Part shown: positions 28,240 to 37,216 of the stretch, piece by piece
Position numbering within the stretch: the first letter of the stretch is position 1
Layout: each line of letters begins with the position of its first letter
Assembly (NCBI GenBank): GCA_963713975.1
Contig: OY970218.1
Span: 2,016,001-2,080,000, forward strand
Direction: 5' to 3'
DNA from: an uncultured Chloroflexia bacterium
GTDB taxonomy: Bacteria > Chloroflexota > Limnocylindria > Limnocylindrales > CSP1-4
Length of the DNA stretch: 64,000 bases
The notes under the pieces: model-generated
Database searches by the model: none
Told to the model about the DNA's origin: nothing
What the model saw: the letters and a program-made list of their open reading frames with translations, nothing else
Translations under genes and position numbers: made by a program

Positions 28240-29151
28240 CTAGGTCCCGGATGCCTCTCGCCGCAGCCGGCCGCCCACGTGGAACAGCAGCCAGTGGAGG
28301 AACGCGAAGTACAGGAACAACAGGAACAGCAGGATCGACCCGATGCTGATGAACAGGTTCATCGTGTTCGCCGTGTCTGCGACCTGCGTGCGCAGCTCCG
28401 CGAGCCGCGTCTGCGCTTCGCTGAGGACCGAGGTCACGTTCGTCAGGCCCGCCTGCACTGTCGCGGTCTTCTCGGCGACTACGGTGGCCACCTGCTGGAC
28501 GGGTCCGTCGGTGATCGCATTGCTGACGTCGGTGATCTTGCCGTCGATCTCCTGGACCTTCGCATCCACGGCGGTCAGCGCATCGATGGGGCCCTGCGGC
28601 ACCGTGAATCCCGGGATGAGCCGGTCGAGGACCTGGAGCCGGTCGAGGGCCGCCATCGCCGTGTCCCGGACCCCGCTGTACGACGTACGGAAGTCCTGGT
28701 AGCGGCTCTGCAGGTTCGAGAACTGGTCGCGGAGGCCACTCAGCAGCCCGGGCCCGGCGCTGGCGTCTGCGGCACGGGCGGCCAGGGAGTTGGCGGTGTC
28801 CGTCAGGACGCCGACGCGACCGTTGATCTCGGACACCTTCGCCGACGCGTTGTCGATCAGGGGCACCGCCTGGGCCATCTTGGCGTCGATCGTGCCCGAC
28901 ACGTCGTCAACGGTTGATACTGCCCAGCCTCGGCCGAGCAGCACCACCACAGCCAGCGCCAGGAACAGGACGATCCCGACGATCCCGGCGGTCTGCGCGC
29001 CGATGCCGAGGGCCTTGTTGCGCCTGCTCCGGGACGGGGCCGCTACGGGGTCGGTGGCGTCGGCGGCGACCAACTCAGCGGTGGGCGCGGCCGACTGCAC
29101 TGGTTCCGGCACAGGATCAGGCAGGGGTGACGTTTCCGTCTCGTCGGTCAT
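28240..29151 (-). CDS. Hypothetical membrane protein (two TM helices flanking an amphipathic/coiled-coil region)
   Basis: GAGGAG RBS; hydrophobic segments near both ends and a heptad-rich core. Confidence 0.7.
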   Translation of the reverse strand: MTDETETSPLPDPVPEPVQSAAPTAELVAADATDPVAAPSRSRRNKALGIGAQTAGIVGIVLFLALAVVVLLGRGWAVSTVDDVSGTIDAKMAQAVPLIDNASAKVSEINGRVGVLTDTANSLAARAADASAGPGLLSGLRDQFSNLQSRYQDFRTSYSGVRDTAMAALDRLQVLDRLIPGFTVPQGPIDALTAVDAKVQEIDGKITDVSNAITDGPVQQVATVVAEKTATVQAGLTNVTSVLSEAQTRLAELRTQVADTANTMNLFISIGSILLFLLFLYFAFLHWLLFHVGGRLRREASGT

Positions 29152-29330
29152 CGCTGATCTCCTCGTCAGAGTCGTGGGCCGCGCGGCGGCCTGCATGACG
29201 GCTGGGCCCCGATGCCGTCCACGGCGAGCCTACCGCACGATGCTGTCGCCGCATGCGCCGCACGGCGCTCGACGATGCGCCGCACGTGCAAGGATGAGGG
29301 CGCCCGGCAACCCTAGGCAGGAGGCAACCG

Positions 29331-30281
29331 ATGACGCAGACCAGCCTCGGCGTGCTGCTCTGGAGCCAGGCCACGGACTGGCCCGCGTTCGAAGCGGCCG
29401 CAACGCGAGCCGACGACCTCGGCTACGACCACCTGTGGGCCTGGGACCACCTGTATGCCATCTTCGGCGACCCGTACCAGCCGATCTTCGAGGGCTACAC
29501 GACGCTCGCGGCCTGGGCGAAGGTCACGCGGCGCGCCCGCCTCGGCCTGCTCGTCGGGGCCAACACGTTCCGCAACCCGGCCCTGGTCGCCAAGACGCTG
29601 GTGACCATCGACCACCTGAGCGACGGACGAGCGATCGCGGGCCTGGGTGGTGCCTGGTTCGATCTCGAGCACACCGCAACCGGCATCGATTTCGGAAGCG
29701 GGTTTGGCGAGCGGCTCGACTGGCTGGACGAGGCGGCCGGCTGCATGCGCGCCCTGTTCGAAGGCGCGGAGGTGACCTCGGCCCCAGGTGGCCACTACGC
29801 CCTGGATGCCTTCCGGCTGCTCCCGCCGCCGGTCCAGCCCCGTCTCCCGATCATGATCGGCGGGGCCGGGGAGCGCAAGACGCTGCGCACGGTGGCCCGC
29901 TATGCCGACATGTGGAACGCGATGGGCCCGGTCGACTTCCTGCGCCACAAGGTGGAGGTGCTCCGCCGCCACTGTGACGAGGTTGGGCGCGATTTCGGGG
30001 AGATCGAGCTCACGGCGGGCTGCAAGCCGGTCATCCGTGACACGGAGGCAGAGGCGGTCCGGGTCTGGGAAGCGCAGATGGCACACAACCGGACTCCGAT
30101 GTCCGAGGTCCTCGACGACGACACCTTCTGGGTGGGCACGCCCGAGCTGGTCGCCGGGCGGATGCTGGACCGCAAGGCCCTCGGCTTCCACACCTTCCTT
30201 GCCGAGATGGCGGCACCCTTCGACGCCGAGACCATGGAGCGCTGGATCAACGAGGTCCGTCCGATGGTGGACGGGGACTGA
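29331..30281 (+). CDS. LLM-class (luciferase-like) flavin/F420-dependent oxidoreductase
   Basis: WDH, E..T.LAA, RNPALVAK...T.DH.S.GR, G.GW...E and PIMIGG.GERKTLR.VA.YAD.WN. Confidence 0.88.
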   Translation: MTQTSLGVLLWSQATDWPAFEAAATRADDLGYDHLWAWDHLYAIFGDPYQPIFEGYTTLAAWAKVTRRARLGLLVGANTFRNPALVAKTLVTIDHLSDGRAIAGLGGAWFDLEHTATGIDFGSGFGERLDWLDEAAGCMRALFEGAEVTSAPGGHYALDAFRLLPPPVQPRLPIMIGGAGERKTLRTVARYADMWNAMGPVDFLRHKVEVLRRHCDEVGRDFGEIELTAGCKPVIRDTEAEAVRVWEAQMAHNRTPMSEVLDDDTFWVGTPELVAGRMLDRKALGFHTFLAEMAAPFDAETMERWINEVRPMVDGD

Positions 30282-30299
30282 GGTCGACGACGGGCGCCG

Positions 30300-30518
30300 G
30301 TGCCTCGCTGCACTCGTCAGCCAGGCCGTGAGATCGCGGGCCTCCAGCCGGCGCGGGCGGATGTCATCCTTGCCGGCGCCTGCGTCATCCGGGCCGTCAT
30401 GGAACGCCTGTGCAGGTCATCATTGGTGGTGAGCGATCAGGGCCTGCGGCACGGGGTGCTCGTGGACCGGTTCGGAGCTGACCCGACCCACGAGTCGAGG
30501 ATAGGAAGAGGTAGCTGA
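30300..30518 (+). pseudogene. ppx: 3' remnant of a Ppx/GppA exopolyphosphatase gene
   Basis: Only the C-terminal GLQPARADVILAGA....VM......VSDQGLRHG segment is present; there is no room for the N-terminal ~250 aa. Confidence 0.65.
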
Positions 30519-30637
30519 TGCGGCGCTTCGCGGTCGAGACGGTGGTCGACGGGCTGATCATCCTGGTGATCTTCCTGGTCATGGGCCTGTTCTCCGTCGC
30601 CCAGCCGTTCCCGTTCGGGCCGGAATTGCCCCCTTGA
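30518..30637 (+). other. Out-of-frame N-terminal 39 codons of the downstream ABC1 kinase (frameshift near 30626-30633)
   Basis: GGAAGAGG RBS + ATG; MRRFAVETVVDGLIILVIFLVMGLFSVAQPFPFGPELPP*; one added base would fuse it to 30634. Confidence 0.6.
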
Positions 30638-32688
30638 TCGAGCTCAAGGGCGTCGGTGTCGCAGCCTTCCTCGTTGCGGCGGCCATCCTGGTCCTGGGCC
30701 AGCGCTACGTGCGGCCGATGATCGTGGCGTTCACCGGCCGGCTCCTGCTGTCGACGATGGGCCTGTTCCTTGTCATCGTGAACTACCTCGTCCTGTGGGT
30801 CGCCTCGCTGCTTGCGCCCGACCTTGCGATCGTCGCCCAGCCTGCGAGCCTGTGGCTCCTTGTGATTGCCATCCTGTACACGGTCCTCGGCACGGTGGCG
30901 GACGCCCTCCTAGGCCTGAACCGCCCCCACGTCCCGACAGCGGACAGCGACAAGCTGTGGCGCTTCCTCGAATCGCTGCCCACCCCGCGCCGGAACGTGA
31001 TCATCGAGAACCTCCGGCTCCAGCAGATCTACGACATGGTGTATGCGGTGGCCCTCGATTCGTCGCTGGCCAAGACGCCGATCGGGCCGTTCCGCATCTG
31101 GTTCGCCAGCCGCGTCCTCGGCGAGACCGACATCGTTGCCGATGCCACCGGACCGGAGCGGTTCCGGATGCTCCTCCAGCAGCTGGGCCCGACCTACGTG
31201 AAGATCGGCCAGATGATCGCCAGTCGTGGCGATGCGCTCCCGCCGGACCTGATCGAGGAGCTGTCCAAGCTCCAGAGTGACGCCGCGCCATTCCCGTGGG
31301 AAGACGCCCGCCAGATGATCCAGGACGAGCTGGGCAAGCCCCCCGAGGAGCTGTTCGCGACGATCGAGCACGAGCCGTTCGCGGCGGCGTCCACGGCCCA
31401 GGTCCACCGTGCCACCCTGCACGACGGGACGGTCGTCGCGGTGAAGGTCCAGCGGCCGCGCATCGTCGCCAAGACCAAGGCCGACCTGGGCGTGATCACC
31501 CAGCTCGCGCTGATCTCGGAGCGCCGTCTCGCCCTCGCGCGCAAGGTGGGCGTGGTGGGGATGGTCAACGAGTTCGCCGGGGGTGTCCTCAAGGAGCTGG
31601 ACTACCGCAACGAGGCGTACCACGCGAAGCGCCTCGCGGACAACATGGCGAAGTTCCCGGAGATCACGGTCCCACGCATCTACGATGACCTCTCGGCAGC
31701 GCGCGTCCTGACCATGGAGTTCATCGACGGGATCAAGATCTCCAAGACGGAGAAACTCCACGAGGCCGGCTTCGACACCGATGCGCTCGGCACGACGTTC
31801 ATCCGCGCGGTCATCAAGCAGGTCCTCATCGACGGCTTCTTCCACGGCGACCCGCACCCCGGCAACCTGCTCGCGGATCCCGCTGACAAGCGCCTCGTGT
31901 TCCTGGATATGGGGCTTGTCGGCCAGCTCGACTCATCGCAGCGGATGAACCTGCTCGGCCTCATCTATGCGCTCAAGGCGATCGATATCCCTGGGATCGC
32001 CGATGGCTTCATCGCCCTCGGCACGCCTGGCAGGCACTTCGACGAGGCGCAATTCCGCAGCGACGTTGACCGGCTTGCCCGCCAGTACCTCGTGTACGGG
32101 GCGGTGACGTCGGTCGGCGGGGCGATCTCGGGCTTCATGGGAGCGGTGTTCAACAACGGGCTGAGGCTTCACAGCAGCCTGACGCTGGCCATCAAGGCGA
32201 CGGTCCAGGCCGAGGAGACGGCGATCGCGCTCTCGCCCAAGGTGGACCTGGCAGATGCCGCCATGACCGAGGCGCGGGCCGCCCTGCTGGAGTCCCTGGA
32301 ACCGGACCGGGTCGCCCAGCAGGTGCAGCGCACGGCCGTCCGGGTGGGCAAGGAGCTCGCCCAGCGCGCCCCGTCACTGGAGAGCGCCGCCCTCAAGTGG
32401 CTGGACCTGTTCAACAAGGGCAAGATCGTCGTGGAGGTCGACACGTCGCAGCTGACCGTCGCCATCGAGAAGGTGGGCGGTCTCGGCAAGCAGGCGACGA
32501 CGGGCCTGATCGTGGTCGGCCAGCTCATCGGCACGGCAATCGCGATGATCATCCTGCTCCAGCCGGCGCTGAGCGACTTCGTCGGCCTGGCCTACGTGGC
32601 GATGATCGCCTTCGGCGTGACGCTGGTCGTGAGCTTCGTCGTCCTGTTCCGGATGCTGTTCGGCTCGGACGCCGAACCATCGGACTGA
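30634..32688 (+). CDS. ABC1/UbiB (AarF) atypical kinase with N-terminal holin-like membrane domain (true start probably 30518, frameshifted)
   Basis: LGPTYVKIGQ, AAASTAQVH, VAVKVQRP, ELDY.NEA, HGDPHPGN and DMG; TM helices at both ends. Confidence 0.85.
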   Translation: MIELKGVGVAAFLVAAAILVLGQRYVRPMIVAFTGRLLLSTMGLFLVIVNYLVLWVASLLAPDLAIVAQPASLWLLVIAILYTVLGTVADALLGLNRPHVPTADSDKLWRFLESLPTPRRNVIIENLRLQQIYDMVYAVALDSSLAKTPIGPFRIWFASRVLGETDIVADATGPERFRMLLQQLGPTYVKIGQMIASRGDALPPDLIEELSKLQSDAAPFPWEDARQMIQDELGKPPEELFATIEHEPFAAASTAQVHRATLHDGTVVAVKVQRPRIVAKTKADLGVITQLALISERRLALARKVGVVGMVNEFAGGVLKELDYRNEAYHAKRLADNMAKFPEITVPRIYDDLSAARVLTMEFIDGIKISKTEKLHEAGFDTDALGTTFIRAVIKQVLIDGFFHGDPHPGNLLADPADKRLVFLDMGLVGQLDSSQRMNLLGLIYALKAIDIPGIADGFIALGTPGRHFDEAQFRSDVDRLARQYLVYGAVTSVGGAISGFMGAVFNNGLRLHSSLTLAIKATVQAEETAIALSPKVDLADAAMTEARAALLESLEPDRVAQQVQRTAVRVGKELAQRAPSLESAALKWLDLFNKGKIVVEVDTSQLTVAIEKVGGLGKQATTGLIVVGQLIGTAIAMIILLQPALSDFVGLAYVAMIAFGVTLVVSFVVLFRMLFGSDAEPSD

Positions 32689-32717
32689 GGGCGGCTACAC
32701 GACCGCCGGCGACGCAG

Positions 32718-32752
32718 GACCGCCGGGCCGGCAAGGTGCCGGCCCGGCGGTC
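32718..32752. terminator. Bidirectional hairpin between convergent genes
   Basis: GACCGCCGGGCCGGCA-AGG-TGCCGGCCCGGCGGTC. Confidence 0.7.
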
Positions 32753-32799
32753 GGGCGCTTGGTCGGGGATGTGCCCCGGCAGGGGCCGGGGTCGACGGG

Positions 32800-33204
32800 T
32801 CAGCTCGCCGCGGGTGCGGTCAGGCCGAAGGCGTCCTTCACGTCACGGGAGTTGAGGTACAGGATGATGATGCCCGGGAGGATCATCATGCCCAGACCGA
32901 GGCCACTGCCCGGGTACTGGATCATCCACAGGAATGCCTCGAAGACGGCCAGGCCGGCGACGACCATGGCCAGCATCCAGGCCCACGGCTGCATCGACCA
33001 CAGGCCGAACGCCGCGGCGAGCCACAGCACGCCGCCGATGATGGCGAGCCAGCCCCAGAGGCCGACGGACTCGAACGCGGGGACGTCACCAAGGATTCCG
33101 AACCAGTCGAAGCCGAGGAGCCGGAGGCCCAGGAACAGCCAGGCAAAGCCGGCCATTGCGGCAAAGAAGCCGATGACGGAGATCAGGACGGGCGGGTTCT
33201 TCAC
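32800..33204 (-). CDS. Small 4-TM membrane protein
   Basis: Four hydrophobic segments, GLWSMQPWAW and YLNSRDVKDAF; GGGAG RBS before GTG. Confidence 0.75.
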   Translation of the reverse strand: MKNPPVLISVIGFFAAMAGFAWLFLGLRLLGFDWFGILGDVPAFESVGLWGWLAIIGGVLWLAAAFGLWSMQPWAWMLAMVVAGLAVFEAFLWMIQYPGSGLGLGMMILPGIIILYLNSRDVKDAFGLTAPAAS

Positions 33205-33267
33205 GGTAGTTGCTCCCTCAGGTTGTTGGAACGGATCCGCCGGCCTGGGCAGGCCGGCGGGGTTGGA

Positions 33268-33570
33268 TCAGAGCCCGAGGACCTTGGCCTTGGCGGCCGC
33301 GAACTCCTCGTCGCTCAGGACCCCGGACGTGTGCAGGGCGGCCAACTGGTTCAGCTGCGCCGTGTCGATCCCGGCCGCTGCCGGGGCTTCGGCGGGCGGT
33401 GCCTCGACGTAGACCACCTCGGGCTCGGCCGCGGCCTGCTCGGCCTGCTGCTGGGCGGCCTGGTTGGCGTACTTCTGGTCCTGGTGGTGGCGCACCGCCC
33501 CGGCGGTGCCTGCAACCACGGCAGTCGTGGCCGCCGCCCGCATGAGGGGCCGGCCGCGTCGTCGCATCAT
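33268..33570 (-). CDS. SHOCT-domain protein
   Basis: RAAATTAVVAGTA N-terminus; QLAALHTSGVLSDEEFAAAKAKVL SHOCT motif. Confidence 0.85.
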   Translation of the reverse strand: MMRRRGRPLMRAAATTAVVAGTAGAVRHHQDQKYANQAAQQQAEQAAAEPEVVYVEAPPAEAPAAAGIDTAQLNQLAALHTSGVLSDEEFAAAKAKVLGL

Positions 33571-33600
33571 CGTTCGCTCTCCTTGTGTGTTGCTGGCCGG

Positions 33601-34053
33601 TCAGGCACTGAGGGCGGCCACGGCCGCCATGTGGGCTTCGAGCTCCTCGCTGACCTCCTCGAGGATCTCCGGCGGGACGACCGCACGGGTCACGAGGAAG
33701 CCGCCGGCCGCCGTGAGGGCGTCCTTGATGTCCACGGCCCAGTGGTGCTCGAACAGCATGACCAGCCCCGAGGTGTTGGTCGGCAGCGCGTCCGCGATGC
33801 TCTCGAGATCCTCGGGGGTGAACAGGGCCATGCTGTCGCCGAGCAGCGTGGCGAACGATGCGAACCTCGGGTCATCCTTGGCGTCGAGCTCGAGGATGAC
33901 CTCCTCGCCGTCTGCGGACTTGCCGACGAACACGAGGTCGACGAGGCGGATGGTCTTGTTCTCGACCACCTTCTCGATCTCGCGGGCGATGCTGCCGTCG
34001 AAGTTGTTGCCATCAAAGCCGATGACGATGTACTCGAGCGGTCCGAGTGTCAC
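33601..34053 (-). CDS. DUF6325/DUF1269-related protein
   Basis: MTLGPLEY.VI.F.G..F.G.I, IRLVDLVFV.K and FEH.WA; typical partner of the SHOCT gene. Confidence 0.75.
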   Translation of the reverse strand: MTLGPLEYIVIGFDGNNFDGSIAREIEKVVENKTIRLVDLVFVGKSADGEEVILELDAKDDPRFASFATLLGDSMALFTPEDLESIADALPTNTSGLVMLFEHHWAVDIKDALTAAGGFLVTRAVVPPEILEEVSEELEAHMAAVAALSA

Positions 34054-34196
34054 TGGTGTCCTCCGTCTTGCGGTTGTCGAGCCTGGGTGTCTGCGTCCAT
34101 CCCGCCGCCTGCGCGCTCGGGCTCGCCGGGTTCGTGTCTAGTATCGCCGATCCGGAGCCACCTCCCCCACGTAATTGGCGACCACTTCCTGGCGGG

Positions 34197-37100
34197 CTAC
34201 CCGCCCGCGCCCGCGCCGATGCCGGCCTCGGCGGCGGCCTGGTGGAGTGCGGTCTCGTCGGCCAGCTTGGCGGGCTTCAGGTCGAAGATCACCTTCCGGA
34301 CGGTGCCGGTGAACGCGTACGGGGCCTTGCTCTTGTAGACGGAGTCCACCACGAGGCCGTTGTCCCGTCCCACGTCCATGCCCGCGTACGAGGAGAACGC
34401 GATCGGCACCGTCCGATCGATCCGTCCCTCGCCGATCCGCGTCCCGTTGGCGTAGAGGCCGACGGTGCCGCCCGTTCCGGGCCTGGGCTCGTCGGCGTCG
34501 AACTGCATCCGGACCGTGACGTCGCCGATCGGAAGCTTCTCCGTCGCGACCTGCCTGTACTGCTCCACGCCCAGCATCGAGTACGAGTGGTGGAGGAGGC
34601 CGTCGCCGTCGACCCACAGCGCGAATCCGCCGATCTCATCGGCGTTGGCGACGATCACGCCCTCCGCGCCACCTTCCGGCACGTGGAGGTCTCCCTCGAT
34701 GGCGTACGAGCGGCCGTAGATGCGCGGAACCATCCCGCGCTGCACGTTCTGCACGTCGCCGTAGAAGGTGAACCGCGTGGTGGTGGGGAGCGGCGGCAGG
34801 ATCCCGAAGAAGATCGACATCCCACCGAGGAGTGGGAGGACCCTGTTCCGTTCCGCCTCCGTCCAGAAGAGCTCCCTGAGCTCGGCCAGCTTCTCCGGCT
34901 TCTCCGCGGCGAGATCGTGTGCCTGCGTGAAGTCGTCCGGGAGGTAGTACAGCTCCCAGGTGTCCTTCTCGGGGTCGTAGATGCCCGGTGCGAGCGTGCG
35001 GATGGTGGCCGGCGAGAAGTCCCAGGGGATCCGGTCGAGCCTCGCGCAGGCCCACCAGCCATCCTTGTAGATGGCCCGGGAGCCCATGGATTCGAAGTAC
35101 TGGACGGTGTGGCGCTCCTCGGCCGCGGCGTCGTCGAAGGTGTGGAGGAAGCTGGTGCCGTCCATCGGCTCCTGGGCGATTCCATCGACGAAGGTCGCCT
35201 GCGGCAGGCCGATCGCCTCGAGGATGGTCGGACCGATGTCCGTGCAATGGGTGAACTGCGGGCGCAGACTGCCCGCGTCCTGGATGCGCTTGGGCCACGC
35301 GACGACCATCGGGTTGCGCGTGCCGCCGAGGTGGCTGCCGGTCTGCTTGCCCCACTGGAAGGGCGTGTTGCCAGCCCAGCCCCAGGCGGCAGCATAGTGG
35401 GGCGCGGTCTCGACGCCGCCCAGCGCTTCAATCCCGCCGTACTGCTCGATGAGCGCGAGCTGCTGCTCCGGGGTGAGCGGGATCCCGTTGAGGAAGGTGA
35501 GCTCGTTGAACGAGCCCGTGATCGTTCCCTCCATGCTGGCGCCGTTGTCGCCCCAGATGTACACGATCAGAGTGTTGTCGAGGTCGCCCATCTCCTCGAT
35601 CGAGTCGAGCAGGCGCCCGACGTTCCAGTCGGCGTTCTCCGAGTAGCCGGCGAATACCTCCATCTGGCGGACGTAGAGCTTCTTCTCGGTCTCGGACAGC
35701 GAGTCCCAGGCGGGGAACAGGTCCGGCCGCTGCGTGAGCTCGGCGTCCTGCGGGACGACGCCCAGCTCCTTCTGGCGTGCGAAGACCTGCTCGCGGTAGA
35801 CGTCCCAGCCGGCGTCGAACCGGCCCTTGTACTTGTCGGCCCACGTGCTGTCCACGTGGTGCGGGGCATGCGCGCAGCCGGTCGAGTAGTACAGGAACCA
35901 CGGCTTCACGGCGTCCTGGGCGCGGACGGCGTGGAGCCATTCGACGGCCTTGTCCGTGATGTCATCCGGGAAGTAGTACTGCGCGCCATCCTTGCCCTGT
36001 GGCACGCCGATCGTCCCGTTGTCCTGGGTGATGATCGGGTCGTACTGGCCCGCGGCCCCGGACAGGAAGCCCCACCAGTGGTCGAAGCCCCAGCCGCTCG
36101 GCCAGCGGTCGAACGGTCCGGCCGCGCCCTGCACGTTGTCCGGGGTCAGGTGCCACTTGCCGAACCCGCCCGTGACGTAGCCGTTGTCCCTCAGGATCCG
36201 CGGGAAGGGCGCGCAGGACTTGGGCACCGCCGCCGTGTAGCCCGGGAACGGCCCCGGGTATTCCGCGATCGAGCCAAACCCGACGCGGTGCTGGTTCCGA
36301 CCCGTCAGCGTGGCGGCGCGGGTCGGCGAGCAGATCGCGGTCACGTGGAAGCGGTTGTAGGTCAGGCCCATGTCGCGAACGCGGCTCATGGCCGGCGTGG
36401 CGATCGGACCGCCGAAGGTGTCGGGGTTCCCGAAGCCGGCGTCGTCGATCAGCACCAGGAGGACGTTCGGTGCGCCCTTGGGCGGTTGGGGCTGCATCAC
36501 CACCGTCCAGTCGGCGACAGACTCGCCCAGCGTGCGACCGGCCGTTCCGGCAAACCGGGGATCGGGCAGCGGCAGGACCGTCCGGTCCGGCGCGAACTTG
36601 CCCATCGCCTCGGCCAGGGAGTCCTTCAGCGCGGCCGTCCCCTTCTTGTCGGACTGCGCGATCGAACGGGCGAGGGCACCGGGGAGAGCCCGCTCGACGG
36701 CGAGGCGGTCCTCGTCGTCGAACATCGCGATGACGGCGGCCCGGCCCGGTGGCAGCGCCTCGCCGATCTTGTCGTGGATGCCTGACTGGACCTTGTGTCC
36801 GGCGAGCTTGCCAATTACCGCACCCGCAGCGGCGCCGACCACCGTCGCCGCGAGAAGCGGCGGCGCCGCAAGACCGACAAGGAACCCGACACCTCCACCC
36901 CATGCCAGGCCCTTGCGGCCGAGCTCGTCGCCGGTCTGCTGGACCGTCACCTCGCCGTCCATGTCGTGGGTGACGAGGATGGCGCCCTCGATCCGGACGG
37001 CCTTTGCCTTGACCTGCACGATCAGCGCGTCGAAGTCCTTCGTCGCCGTTTCAATGTCGCGGTACCCCGCGACGAGCACGTCCGTGAGCGCCTGGGTCAT
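34197..37100 (-). CDS. Cys-type arylsulfatase with N-terminal DUF1269-like domain
   Basis: PNVLLVLIDD.G, CSPTRAATLTGR (FGly motif), GKWH and DNG; the first ~170 aa carry a Gly/Ala hydrophobic hairpin. Confidence 0.88.
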   Translation of the reverse strand: MTQALTDVLVAGYRDIETATKDFDALIVQVKAKAVRIEGAILVTHDMDGEVTVQQTGDELGRKGLAWGGGVGFLVGLAAPPLLAATVVGAAAGAVIGKLAGHKVQSGIHDKIGEALPPGRAAVIAMFDDEDRLAVERALPGALARSIAQSDKKGTAALKDSLAEAMGKFAPDRTVLPLPDPRFAGTAGRTLGESVADWTVVMQPQPPKGAPNVLLVLIDDAGFGNPDTFGGPIATPAMSRVRDMGLTYNRFHVTAICSPTRAATLTGRNQHRVGFGSIAEYPGPFPGYTAAVPKSCAPFPRILRDNGYVTGGFGKWHLTPDNVQGAAGPFDRWPSGWGFDHWWGFLSGAAGQYDPIITQDNGTIGVPQGKDGAQYYFPDDITDKAVEWLHAVRAQDAVKPWFLYYSTGCAHAPHHVDSTWADKYKGRFDAGWDVYREQVFARQKELGVVPQDAELTQRPDLFPAWDSLSETEKKLYVRQMEVFAGYSENADWNVGRLLDSIEEMGDLDNTLIVYIWGDNGASMEGTITGSFNELTFLNGIPLTPEQQLALIEQYGGIEALGGVETAPHYAAAWGWAGNTPFQWGKQTGSHLGGTRNPMVVAWPKRIQDAGSLRPQFTHCTDIGPTILEAIGLPQATFVDGIAQEPMDGTSFLHTFDDAAAEERHTVQYFESMGSRAIYKDGWWACARLDRIPWDFSPATIRTLAPGIYDPEKDTWELYYLPDDFTQAHDLAAEKPEKLAELRELFWTEAERNRVLPLLGGMSIFFGILPPLPTTTRFTFYGDVQNVQRGMVPRIYGRSYAIEGDLHVPEGGAEGVIVANADEIGGFALWVDGDGLLHHSYSMLGVEQYRQVATEKLPIGDVTVRMQFDADEPRPGTGGTVGLYANGTRIGEGRIDRTVPIAFSSYAGMDVGRDNGLVVDSVYKSKAPYAFTGTVRKVIFDLKPAKLADETALHQAAAEAGIGAGAGG

Positions 37101-37216
37101 CCGAGCTCCGTCCTCCGTCTGTCCTGCTCGCAGCTCCCGCGAGCGGGCCTGTGCCGACATCCTAGTAGTCAAGCGCTGATCATGCGCTCGTGCGTCACCC
37201 GCACGAGGTGATTGTC

